From positions 806,001 to 870,000 of the forward strand of contig CAJFCJ010000015.1 in the NCBI GenBank assembly GCA_904063045.1: a stretch of DNA of 64,000 nucleotides. Reading direction: 5' to 3'. Numbering within the stretch: position 1 is the stretch's first letter; the number at the start of each line of letters is the position of its first letter. The position numbers and the translations under genes are program-made. The notes under the pieces are model-generated. The model had not been told where the DNA came from. It did no database searches and saw nothing but the letters and a program-made list of their open reading frames with translations. The stretch is from Dimorphilus gyrociliatus (taxonomy: Eukaryota; Animalia; Annelida). Shown here in pieces: positions 1 to 12,121 of this stretch.

Positions 1-3000
1 ATTAACATCTGATAGAAGAGATAAAGCGTATTCCAAAACGTCATGAAGTTCTTTGCGAATTTCTTGTGGTAGATTTACGTCTCTCAACAAGGCGAAATTA
101 TGAATTATCCTATGAACAGTCTTTGGTGATAAAGGAGATGGGAATGAACTATATCGATATTGATGCAATGGCGCCAGCCTTATAAATAGACAGTACGCAA
201 AATTTCTAACCTTCAAATCAGGATTTATAACCAAATAATTCCAAACCCAATCCGACATTCTATTTTTAACGAATAATCTAATAGTTTCAATTTTTGGCAC
301 CATTTCACCGAACCACTCAAGTACATGTATGGGGCTTTCTGATAACTTTGACCATAAAACATTTTGGACAGCCGCCTCACACTCTTCCTGTTCAGATAAT
401 AAGCTTAACATTTTTGAAAAAGGGCCAGAAATTCTTTGTTTCATTCCTGTCATTCCGTTTACTAATGTTTTTATTACCCGGTTTACGAGGTCTTCGTCAC
501 CCTGAACCAAAGACAAGATCAATTTTAAAATATGCCGACCGTTTGCCCCATCTCTGATAACTCGGCTTAAAAATATGAAATCCTCTTGGTAAAGTGCTTT
601 AGTATCGCTATCGGTTAGGGTTAGTTGAGAGTCTAATTCTTCGCGGCTATCGTCGACGAGCATCACAGTTAAAAGAACCATATTATCTAGAGAGGATAAT
701 CGCTCTCGTTCATCTTCTTCGTCATCGTCCTCATCACTAGAATGTACTTCCATAATATCTGGCGAGATTAGTGGCAAATTTGGTCCTATAATGTCGTTGG
801 AAGGCTTCTTTGTTGCCCTTTGAGCTGATCTTCTCAAGTAAAAATCAACGCAGTGAGAAATTGCGCAATTTTTCCTCATAAATTCTGCTTCTATAGGCCC
901 AAGACGAACAAAATCGATAACCAAAGCAAAATATTGGCTCATATGTTTGCAATAAGTAGCATTTTTTACGTGTAATAATTCTAAAAGACTAAGTAGGAAT
1001 TTCGCTAAATTTGATTCTCTGTCATCTGAAGATATTAAACGTTGTTCAGGCATTTTAGCAACATGAACGACAAGTCTTTGAAATATTTCCCTAGTGATAT
1101 TGTTCGGACATTTTAATAAAATTTGCTTAGGCCACCTCATATCATCTTCAACAAGAGTAACAAAAAACCAATCCGATGTTTGCAAGCTCCTCGTTAAATG
1201 TGAGCTCAAAGCTTCTACCCATTTCATCATGTAGGTCTTTTCCCTTGCGTGTAGAAGAATATCCATTACAAAAGTACATAATAAACGAGCAAGAGATATG
1301 TTTAATTTTGTGCTAGATGGAATAGTATGAGCAACAGTCGTGCACATATCTTGTACAAATTGAAAGTATCGAGTATCAAACAAATGCTTTTCTCTTAAAA
1401 ATTTCATGTTATCTTCCCAGATCCAATCGGCCAGCTCAGAGCTTAGTTCAACTTGACACTTTTCAACTGGAGCATTCGGTAGAATACGTTCATAAAATAG
1501 CATATAAGCGCTATTTGATTTTTCGTATGATAGATCCATATATTTTTCATGTACGGAGTCATATGTCTTACTAGTCATATGACCACCAAAGCATTCGCTT
1601 GCCATATGTGCTTGATCCCATGGTTTTACTTCGGAATCGTTAAACATAAACCAAGCAGGAGATGATGGATATAAGTTGCTTTCGTCGCTTTTTTCTCTAC
1701 ATTTATCTCTGATAAATGAGTAATAATGACCTCCTTCAGCATTTCCCGTATGAACAGTTACTCCAACTAGCTCAAATTCAAAATTTTCAGTATCTAATGG
1801 ATGTCCATCGTTTTCACCAGTTGTTGAATTCATTAAATTACATTCCATGTATCTAGACATATCCATTTTCATCGGAAATGAGAAATGAGTATTTATCTTT
1901 TCTTTAGTCATCGTTAACATATTAAATGTATATCGCATTATGTTAAAGCATAAGTATCTAGGCAGGGTTCTAAAACAAGCTCGCTTTTCCGCCCTTACTT
2001 TTTTCTCGCAAACTGAACATGTATACATATTATCCCCATCTAAAACATCTTTTATAGTTACTTCGTCTAATGATTCATACAGATTTTTTCTTCCCTCAAC
2101 TTGACATCTAACGGTATAAAAATCTTCTGTAGTCCGGCTAACATGACCACAGTCCAATGAAACTACATTGTTGCTAATAACACCTCCAAATAAATTTTTA
2201 ACAGTAAGCTTTAATGTTTCATCCATTTCTTCCATTTTGGATAAGAGATCAGCAAAAAACTCACTCATGTCTTTTTGTTCAGTGGTATTCAAAGGTTGTC
2301 TATCCATCAGATAGACTGAGCATAAACCCTTTGGCGAATATGCTTTTCGCTCAGACTCCATCAAAAAAGCATACATCTTTTGAATTTCTTTCAACGAGGC
2401 ATCTTGTGAACAGCCGAATGACGTTTCCAACAGGGCTTTGCGAACTTTTGGCACCATATAAACATGTTGCATACATGTGGCTAAGTAGCAAGTTGCTCCT
2501 AAATTAGTTAGTCCAACGTAGCCACAGCCAGCTCGAGCTTCCTCAAGAGGGCATAAATCCCAACCAGTAATTGACTGGGAAACGGTGGATTGTTCTTCTT
2601 CAACCTTTTTATGTATAAACATGAAATTCTCTTCACTCTCGAGCATCATAGCCATTAACAAGTTATAAGCTGCATATCTAGCAGAGTCTGATTTGCATTT
2701 TGGTAAATTTCTTGATTGCTTGTCGGGTAGTGCAAATAAACACCAAAATACGTATTCTGTGAGTTTTCTACCTTCCTCTGTCTCTTTAAATGGTGGATTC
2801 ATTTTAGCAATAACTTTAGAAATATTTAAAAGTCCAATAAGTGATTGATCTTGAATAGAATCGTGTCTTGTTTCAATTATTGATCGATTTTGAATTAAAT
2901 TTGATATTCTTTGAATGACTTCATCCAAGTTCAAACCTCCCCATCCATTTTTCCATGATTCTCTTACGTCTTCATTTCTGATTCCTTCAACTAAATCTTG

Positions 3001-6000
3001 TAACAGTTTAAAAAAATCTTGACAATTTGGTCCCAAAATGTCAGAGTCTTTATCCTGACATTCAACTGGTCTTTGCCTTTGTACAGGCGGCAACTTGAGA
3101 GCATCGTCCAAGCAATTGAGTAATGCTTTGACAAGAACTTTTATAAAAGAATATCCACAGTGTCCGTGAGATGTCTGTCCCATACATAGAGCATATAAAC
3201 CACTTGTACTTTCGCGCCTAACGGTTGGCTCTGGTTCAAGAATTAATAAACGCCTTAACCAGGAAGATAAATTACCTTCACAAAAAGCTTCCTTATCCAT
3301 AGAGCACAAGCACCACGCATTGAGCAACTTGAATGTAAAGTGCACTAGACTAGAACGTGTAGGCGAACCTAATTGCCAATCGTCTTTCGTGGCAGTTACA
3401 TCGTATATAATTTGTTTAAGTTTTTGAACAATAACTTTTACGTCAACAGATTGAAGAACTGAGTCTCTTAGACGGAAAACTTTATTTTTAAGTTGCCTCC
3501 TTCGCCGAAAATCCGCCTCGTCATCATCGTGCATAGCTAAATGCGAAAGAAGCTTTAAAAGAGGAGCCATACAATCCTGTTGCCATTCGCTCCAGATACC
3601 ATTTTCATCTAACTTATGGAGCTCTTCGAAGAAGAGCAATTTGATAAAGTGTTCAAGACCTTTCGCATCAATAAACTTTTCCTTCCAACTCTTTTCATTA
3701 GTTTTCACTTCTTGTTCATCTGATGATTCTTCTTTCTCAGTATTATCAATGACTAAATCAGCAGATCTTTTCAAAGCTAATAAATTGAATTTTGTAGGCT
3801 TGGATAGGGCATCAATAATATTTAAAGCGTAAATTAATCGATGAGGGTTCCTCGCGTCTAAAAGATCATTCCAATTGACTGGTTCTTTCAAAGAAAGTAG
3901 TTTTTTTACAATGAATGGTTCAGTTGGGAGAACACATAATAATTCTTGAATTGCACTCGTAACTCTTCTGGCTAATAGATGTACACTCTGATCTGGTGAT
4001 TTCCAGCTTGCTACGGCATGAAGAGCTTCAAATAAAAGGTCAAACTTATCTATCATTAATATCTGGGGTAGTCTTTTTCTTGGAGGAACAAGAGGATAGC
4101 AATCTGACTTTGGTCCGGAAGAACAGACCAGATGTACATTGACTGTTAATGCATCAGAAAGTCTGACTTCTGATAATGTTTTTTCATCTGCATCATAAGA
4201 TATTTCCCTATTATGAACAATAAGACGAACAGGTACGACTAGATCAGGACTTCGACCCAGCTGATTTGCAATCCAGGAGGTGCAATCCGCTCTTAATTCT
4301 GCAACTCTGTCCATGTTGCTTACAACAAACGTATGTCGTATAGTTTTATTTTGTTGATGAAGATTGGCACATACTTGTAAGTGCATTTGCTGACCATGTT
4401 TACCGTAGACAGCTACTCGATGAACAGGAACGCCTTTTCCCATTATTGACCAAAGACGTAAGGTATAGGCATATTGAGTACTAACGTGGCATATATTCAT
4501 TTTTAATAATTGCAAGACCCTATACAGCTGAGGTAATTTATGAGGTAAATTATCAACCGAATGTCTTATACACCTCATGCATCTATTAATTAGTGCTTCT
4601 TCATATTCTAGATTATCATCAGCCAGTCTGTTGTTAATGCATGTGATAGCTTCTTCTGAGACACCAGCGTCGTGAGCTTCAACAGCTATTTTCCAAACGT
4701 GTTCCATGTGCTCCATTCCCGTACTAATACCTTCTTTAAAGGCTACTCTCATTAATACTGTATACAATTGCAAACCTATCATGGAAGTATGCTCAATCGG
4801 TAGAGAAGGGATTTTTTTCTGCAGCAAATGTTCAACAGCTTTTGAATTAAGAGAATGTTGGGAGCGAACTTTAATTTCATTTAAAAACCAATTTAAGCAT
4901 TCATTTCTGGTATGGGGATAAAGAGCCAAGGCATGCCATATAATGTCAACTCCTTGCTCAGTTAAGGACACATTTGGATCTGTTGCTGTTGACGAGAATA
5001 TAAAAGTTAAAAAAGACATTCTTATATAACCGTTTGTTTTTTCATCATCTACATCCCAATCCGAGCTTAGGTGTTCCCTCCAATATTTTATATCATTTAG
5101 GACATGCTCTAATAACTTTAGCTCAGTTAAAGCTCTATGTACAGCACTGTAAATCGCTATTTTTGTTTTGTTATAGCTCAACAACTTCTGCAGGAGTGGC
5201 AAACATATACAAACAGCTTTATGTTTAGCGACATTCTGAACGAAAGCCCTGATAAACTGAGCTCTAATTGTTTGTCCTGTAGATAGAAGTAATGTTGATA
5301 AAACTTTTTCAGCTTCCATTGTTAGGGCTTGAGGTAAAACCTCATCCTGTAGTAGATCCCATAAAAGAGTTTTTCCTTTGGCGGTAAAATCTTCATTTTG
5401 AAGTCGTTCAATTGCTAATGGTGATCTTGATCGTTTGCTAGGAATTTTCTTCGCTTGCTCTACTGTTTTTGGAATTTCTGTATTTCCTGCAGGAATATGT
5501 TCCAAGAACTGAATAGAATCTTCACCGTCAAAATCGTCCATGTTTTTAGGCGATCGAGTGTTGCCTCTTGAAGAACTACATTCATAGTCATCTTCATCCA
5601 TTTTCAGCTCAGTTGTCGCGATCATATCATCTCTAAATGTTTCCTTTCGTAGGTAATCTTCTACATCTGAATCAACTGAATTAATATTCACATCAGGAGT
5701 ATTATCTCCTTCGCTATCTTCTACCATACTACCAATCGACGAATCTGATGCAGCATTAGGAACTGGCATAAGATGCCAATGCTTCCGACACTTTCTAGGA
5801 TGTAAGTCTGTTATTTCATCCTCTTCATCGTCAGCATCCTCATCGTCATCATCATTAGCGTATCTTGTCCAAATATTCTCTGTTAAGTGAGCCAAAACCA
5901 TGATTGTTTGTTCGGTATATTCAGAAAGCGAGAGCTGAGATAGAAGAGTATGCAATTTTTGAGCTAAAGGAGGACTTAGATGCCTTACTACAACCGTCAA

Positions 6001-7219
6001 GCATTCATATACATGTCTAGAACAATGTCTTTGTTTTATAGACTCCCAAATGCACTCTAAATGATCAGAGGTTAGTTTACCTTCAGCAACCACATGTTGA
6101 ACGATCATTGTACTTTGTTTAACTACTTCTCCATGAACATTAGGGCCAAAAGTGTACTCTATAATTTTCTTATCTACTATCCAGTCAGCAATTCTAGAAT
6201 TCATCCCCGTTTCTGATTTATCATCACATTCATTAGCCGTTGATATGTATGAATTTATGTTTGCAACTGCAGATAACCGTAAACTCAAAGTCTGTGAAGT
6301 AAAATACTTAAGAGTGACTTTTAAAGCTAATTCATCATATTCATATGGCATACTATCATTTACAGGCTTTATAGCCAACCAAATAATATCAGCAAGACCC
6401 TTTGCCCCAGCTAGTTTCAAATCGTCTTCCGACAACTGACAGATATATTCTATAGCAGGTTTCCTAATGCAGTCTAAAAGTTGTTGGGCAGAAGCCTGAT
6501 TTATGTAAGAACGAAGATTATGCACCAAAGTAAAAAGTTCGTGAATAATTTGAGGGGGAACTTTAGAATCCGTTCTCAGGTTTGCGAAAAATCCTCGTAT
6601 AGCCTGCAGTCCGCGCAATTCATAAAAATGAACAATATTACGGAGAAGCATTCTTGGAATATCTCTATCAATCAGAATATACGAATCGCAATAAAGTAAC
6701 AAAGGTTTGTCTTCTGCATCTATATTATTAAGCTGAATAATATCATTCACTCCAGCTGACTTCCGTTGAGTAACATAAGGGTAATAGCGAATTGTGAAAA
6801 TAGTGTTAAGGAGGTTTAGGCTGCTTATCAAAAGATCATAGTCAATTTGAGGAATCTCTTGAGACGAACAACTTCTTAACAATCGGACAGTTTGAGCTAT
6901 AAGTTCTCTTGTTAAAGAGCTAGAGCGCTTTAGATCTTCTGCATTTTCTAATTCGTTGCAGGAGCAACCCATCCCAGGCCAACCATTTAAAAATTTTATC
7001 AAATCAAGCACCCTTGCGGGCGAGAGATTCATCCCACGTTCATAGGAATCATCTGAAATTTATATACATTTTTTTCAAGTCGTGATTCTCAACCAAAAAA
7101 AAAAACGAAACAAAGGATACTAGATATCGAAACGAGAAGTGAGCGATAAAGGGGATAATTTTAAAATACTCACCGATTCGAAGAGCTGTTTCGAATTGCA
7201 AACAAGTTTTGCAAACCAT
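1..7219 (-). CDS. USP34: Ubiquitin carboxyl-terminal hydrolase 34, 5' part; runs off the left edge. Exon 1 7174-7219, exon 2 7052 to <1
   Basis: Minus-strand translation gives Cys box GYVGLTNLGATCYLATCMQH (~2460-2530), QKDMSEFFADLITKMEE, VISNNVVSLDCGHVSRTTEDFYTVRCQV and His box ELVGVTVHTGNAEGGHYYSFIRD (~1700-1775), matching USP34 as I recall it. N-terminus MVCKTC resembles human MCENC. Intron 7053-7173 is GT-AG. The frame at 7050 equals the frame at position 60. Confidence 0.95.
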
Positions 7220-8192
7220 AACTATAAACTCTTTGATCCGTACTCATACAACGACATCCGCTCTTGTAAGCCCTAGAAATTTGAAAGAATCTCTAAATGA
7301 TGCGGCTATTTTATGTTATTTTACGGAAATCGTTTCCCGGATGTTCAGTGGTATACGTCTCAACAAGTTGAAGTAGTTCGAAAAGGGAAGTCGAACCAGT
7401 TTAAATAAAACTACGAAATGCGAGGTTTTAAAGAACAATAACAAATTAAAAACTCTAGCTACAACCATTTTCATTGAAAAAAAGGGAAGTTTTACGAAAA
7501 TTAATATTTCAGTGATTTTCCTTAAATTCCTTCAGAGCTTAAAAATATTTTAATAAGTCTTCATAGAATATTGTGATTTATACATAAAAAGATGCATTTT
7601 TGGAAAAAAATTGTTTATATCCAGAGGAACTGATTATTTGCTTTGAAATAATATATATGTAAATTCAAACATTTTTAGACATTTTACTCAATACACTCTA
7701 GAGTTATAAAGTATCTTTACAACTTTATACCATAAGAATATTGTTGAAAATCGATTCATTACCACGGAATGTAAAAGTTACGATCGAGTTTCAAAAGCAA
7801 TACAAATTCCTATATGCCTAATGGCATATAAATAATTTATGATACTAGAAGATGATATTATTGTCAGTTTTAATAGGCATTTTATTATGTTAAACTTTAT
7901 TTTGGTTGTAGTGTTACTTGGTTTTTATTCAAAAATTTAAATATTCTTTTTCTTGTTTTTAGATACAAACACACTTTAAACCTATAAAGTTATAAATATA
8001 TCATAAGAGGATAAAATTTTGTTGGTTGCCTCTAATATGAGATGACAATCATGTGTGTTATCATTCATTGGGAATTGAAACTTAAACAATTCTAGATGCT
8101 TTAAAATACTTTACAAATAAACCAATGAATATTAAATTATTTCTATATATCAGTGTCCTTAATTCTATATGTATAACTTAATTAGAAATAAA

Positions 8193-8195
<3 letters not shown>

Positions 8196-8226
<31 letters not shown>
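8196..8226. repeat. (AT)n microsatellite
   Basis: About 15 uninterrupted AT units; similar tracts at 53223-53255 and 63808-63835. Confidence 0.95.
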
Positions 8227-8229
<3 letters not shown>

Positions 8230-9618
8230 TATTTCTTCCGATTTAACAGAAATTTATAGATAATTATAATATATTTGACAAAATATTAACAAATAATAAT
8301 ATTCATTCAAAAGTTAGAATGAATAAGACTCTTTTTATATAATAGTAAACAAAACTTTTAATATAAACATAAAACGATAATCAAAGAAATAAACAGTATG
8401 ATTAGACTATAAATGATTATAAATATCATTGTTCTTTTTCACTACTCTATTAAAATTACGTTAGTCAATTGTTTTTTAATGAAAAGAACCAATTGTCATA
8501 TTGCGATGTTTTTCGGATAAATTAAGAATTCACAATAGAAATTCTAAAGGAATGTATTGGGAAAAAACAGTTCCAATTTGTTTATATGCAATGTATTTAT
8601 AATTTTTTCATTAAAATTAAAAGCATTGTATCTAATGATGATAAAAAATAAAAATAAGAAAATAATTGAAATCGATAAGGCAGACAGAATAACTAAATTT
8701 CGTAAATAATCTAGTTTTAACAGCCTGGAATAATTAATAACAAGCGTTTTATTAGCTGAAATGATAAAAATTACCTTATTTTAAATAAATATTAGCAAAC
8801 TGTTAATATTTTTGAAAGATACAAGGAGAAAATAGGCGAAGAGTGAAAAATTTTATAAAATGAGATTCGAAAAACTCTCATTTCCGGTTTGCAAAATGTT
8901 TTCGTAGTTTTCCGAAGTATACAAGTCATTACAGCAATCTCGGCAAGGAGGATCTATATCATTAATATTTCTCGGGTTCATCAAATAATAGGACACAATA
9001 TTAATGTATTCTTGGCTCTAAAGGTAATCAATAACCTTACTATTATTTTGTATAGAAACTGTTTAGAAAATGTTCCTTGTCTAGGAACGAAACATTACAT
9101 TCTTTCACACCTCTCAATTAAGGTATCTGTATCTTTTAAACAAACAAAAATTCTTCATATTGGCATTCTTATGTTTGAATTTTAACAATATATCGATTAA
9201 AGTTACCAATATCAATATATATCAATACTTTTTATACCTGCCCTTTCTCACCTAATTCGTAACTTTCCAATATTTCAATATTTAATTATCGTAATTGAAA
9301 TAATTATAAATAGCAATTATATTATAAGCAACAACAAAAATAAAACGAGAAAGCCAACTTTTTAGAGCGAGGTGCCGGTTACTCTGAAATTGTTGAGAAG
9401 AATTTCGTTAGAATATTACTCTCTAAACTATGAAAAACTTGTATGATTAACTTGAAAATCTCATTCTTTTACAATTGATTTAATCAATTGAACTAATCAA
9501 TTTAGGTCAATTTTTCTCTGTGAATTTATCTATTTTTATGGAAAGTATAGTTGCAATTTATCATTATTCACAGATATCAGTTTCAAAGGAAAAGCTATAA
9601 TAAAACTTTAATTTGAGC

Positions 9619-11115
9619 ATGAAGAAACTTATAATAAGTCTTTCTACAATTTCCATTTTGTTGCTGTTGGTCTATTTATACAATACCAAAATCTTTCGTT
9701 CGAATAAAGATAATGGACCCCGGCTTAGAAGTCAATCGTTGATTCCTAGAGGTAAAGATACTTAACATTTTTATAGCTGTTTTCAATATTATCATTTGCA
9801 ATTTTTAGTGCCGGTTCATTGGCAAAAGTCCGACTTTTTGAATATGTATGCCTTTTCCGCCTTTTACGATGATCGCTCTACGTTGCAAGGTTCTAAATGC
9901 ATCCGAATTGTTGCAATAGCAGAGAAGAAACTAGTTGAGAAATCTGCTCCTTATTGTCATATAGTATATGAAAAAGGTCTTCCAGATATTGTTCAAAGTC
10001 GACCAGCTGATATAGGTGTAGGTGTTTCCTATAGAGGATACTGGTTCAGAGAGTATGTGTTTGAGTGCCCTCTGCAAAGTAATCGCCTACCTCTCAAAAT
10101 ATTTCTTGCTAATAAATCAAATCAAAGAACACAATGGTCAATTCCTGTTGAGTTTCCTCAGACACCTAAAATAAAACAGGTATGTTTTTCTTTCTCTAAT
10201 TAAAACTTATTTTATACTTTCTTAACTATTTCATGGTGACAACAGGACTTTGCCGTTTGTGTGATATGTGCGTTTTCGAAATTTAACCCTTCAAGAGTGC
10301 TTGAATTTGTAGAGATGCATCGCCTCTTAGGTGTATCTCAAATATACGTATACAATAATAATCTAGAACCAACTACACACAAGTTATTTAAACAATTACA
10401 TGAAATGGGGAAAATCGATTTAACTGATTTCAAAACAGGGTTCTTTGAAACTCCAGCTCCTTCTCATGCTTATTACGCTCAAGTAAGTTGAAAATATAGT
10501 TCAAAGTGCAAACATTTCTTTATTCTTTTCTTTCTTTTCAAGGCGTCACCTGCTGTCAACGATTGCATACTTCGCAATATGTACTCTTATAAAAAGTTAA
10601 TTATTGTCGATCTAGACGAAATAATCATTCCAAATCAAGGGTTAAATTATAAAGATATGTTAGAAGCGATAGATAAAAAGTATCCAAGAAGTATAGAAAC
10701 CAAATCATATCATTTTAGGAATGCTTACTTTTTTTCTGATTTTGATAACTTGAAAAATAAAAGCGATACTAATAACGACAGCAAAGAAATTGCTACGTTT
10801 AGGAGATACAGAGCAAAAGTTAGCGGTCCAGGATATTCAATTAAGAGTATTATAGATCCGCTATCTTGCTATGGAATGCATAATCATTTCTGTTGGCATA
10901 AAACGAAAGCGGCCGATGTACCTAACGAATCTCTGGACGTTCCAGTTGAATTTGGTACGTTACATCATTACAAAAAATGTCATTTTGATAAAGCTAAATG
11001 TGCCGAAATAATCAAAAATCCAATAGTAGATGAATCTGCTTTGAAATTTAGGCAACAATTGTTATTAAATATGAATAGCACAGCTCAATATTTAAAATTA
11101 AAAGATGTTTTCTAA
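9619..11115 (+). CDS. Glycosyltransferase family 92 (DUF23, galt-1-like) type II membrane protein, 4 exons
   Basis: Signal anchor MKKLIISLSTISILLLLVYLY. GT-AG introns at about 9752-9808, 10180-10245 and 10483-10541 join ORFs 9796, 10261 and 10579 in frame. Motifs RVLEFVEMHRLLGVSQIYVYN and VNDCILRNMYSYKKLIIVDLDEIIIP (DxD) are typical of GT92. Confidence 0.85.
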
Positions 11116-11220
11116 GATGAAGTTATATTTTGGCTGTTTGAAAATTTTAAGATTTAAAAAGAAAACCATGAAATTTTTTGAATACACGTTTTTTTTTCGC
11201 TTAAAGAATTCATTGATTTG

Positions 11221-12121
11221 TTACCATAGTCTAGGAACGAGTCGCTTAGTATTTTTCATATATGCAATATAGTCCGAATTAGTACCCCATTTCTTCCAAC
11301 CTTGCTTCTCCAAAAGTGGTATTCCACTTACTTTAGTTAGCAGGATAGCGACAAGAATAGGTGATAAGACTGAAATACCTTCTAAACCTCTGAAGGATGT
11401 AGAAGCACAAACGTATGCTCCACACCATATGACGATTTCACCAAGATAGTTCGGATGACGAATTACACTCCAAAGTCCTACGTTGATAAATTTATTCTTA
11501 TTTCTTGGATCGTTTCGGAATACTGTTTTTTGATAATCCGCTAATGACTCGAAGACGAAGCCAAATATGAACATAACAAATCCAGCTATATCACTACCAG
11601 TTATTGGACGAAGTTCATCGTTCTCTTTCAGATTTAGCAGGATAGTCGGCAACAAAGTTACAAAACACCATATACCCTGAATAGTCCAGAAAACAGCCAT
11701 TCTTTTCGGATTTTGTTTGGCATGCTTAAACCTTCTATCCTCGCTTTTCAAAACTCGAAAGAACAAGAAGAGGCCCAATCTGATAAAGATTTTTAAAACA
11801 TTTCACAGTTGGTAATTTATTTTAACTAGAAATTTAATTTAAGAGAAAAAAAACCTTAAGGCCCACAACATTGCCATAAAGCTAAGAATATTCTGCCTAA
11901 GCGAAGGTTCTTCATTTTCTTGTAAAGATATGTATACAAGAAGAAAATTTGTGATGGCACCTAAAAAAAATTTGAGTCCTAGTTATTACTTGAATAGTAT
12001 TTTGGAATTATTTACCGCAAAGATCAAATAATTTTTCGGTTTTCAATAAGATAGAAAAAATGCACCCTACAGCTTGTAGACCAAAGTCAATAGATAGCAA
12101 AAACATTAAAGTTCCAGACAT
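11221..12121 (-). CDS. DUF1295 / steroid 5-alpha-reductase C-terminal-like multipass membrane protein, 3 exons
   Basis: MSGTLMFLLSIDFGLQAVG...KTEKLFDLCG spliced to WALRLGLFLFFRVLKSEDRRF...ESLADYQK...GLWSVIRHPNYLGEIVIW; canonical splice sites. Confidence 0.88.

Noticed and set aside
8857-9017. Minus-strand AG-preceded 55-codon open segment (SQEYINIVSYYLMNPRNINDIDPPCRDCC...)
   Set aside because: No in-frame upstream exon could be joined and neighbouring frames are full of stops; chance or a decayed pseudogene fragment.
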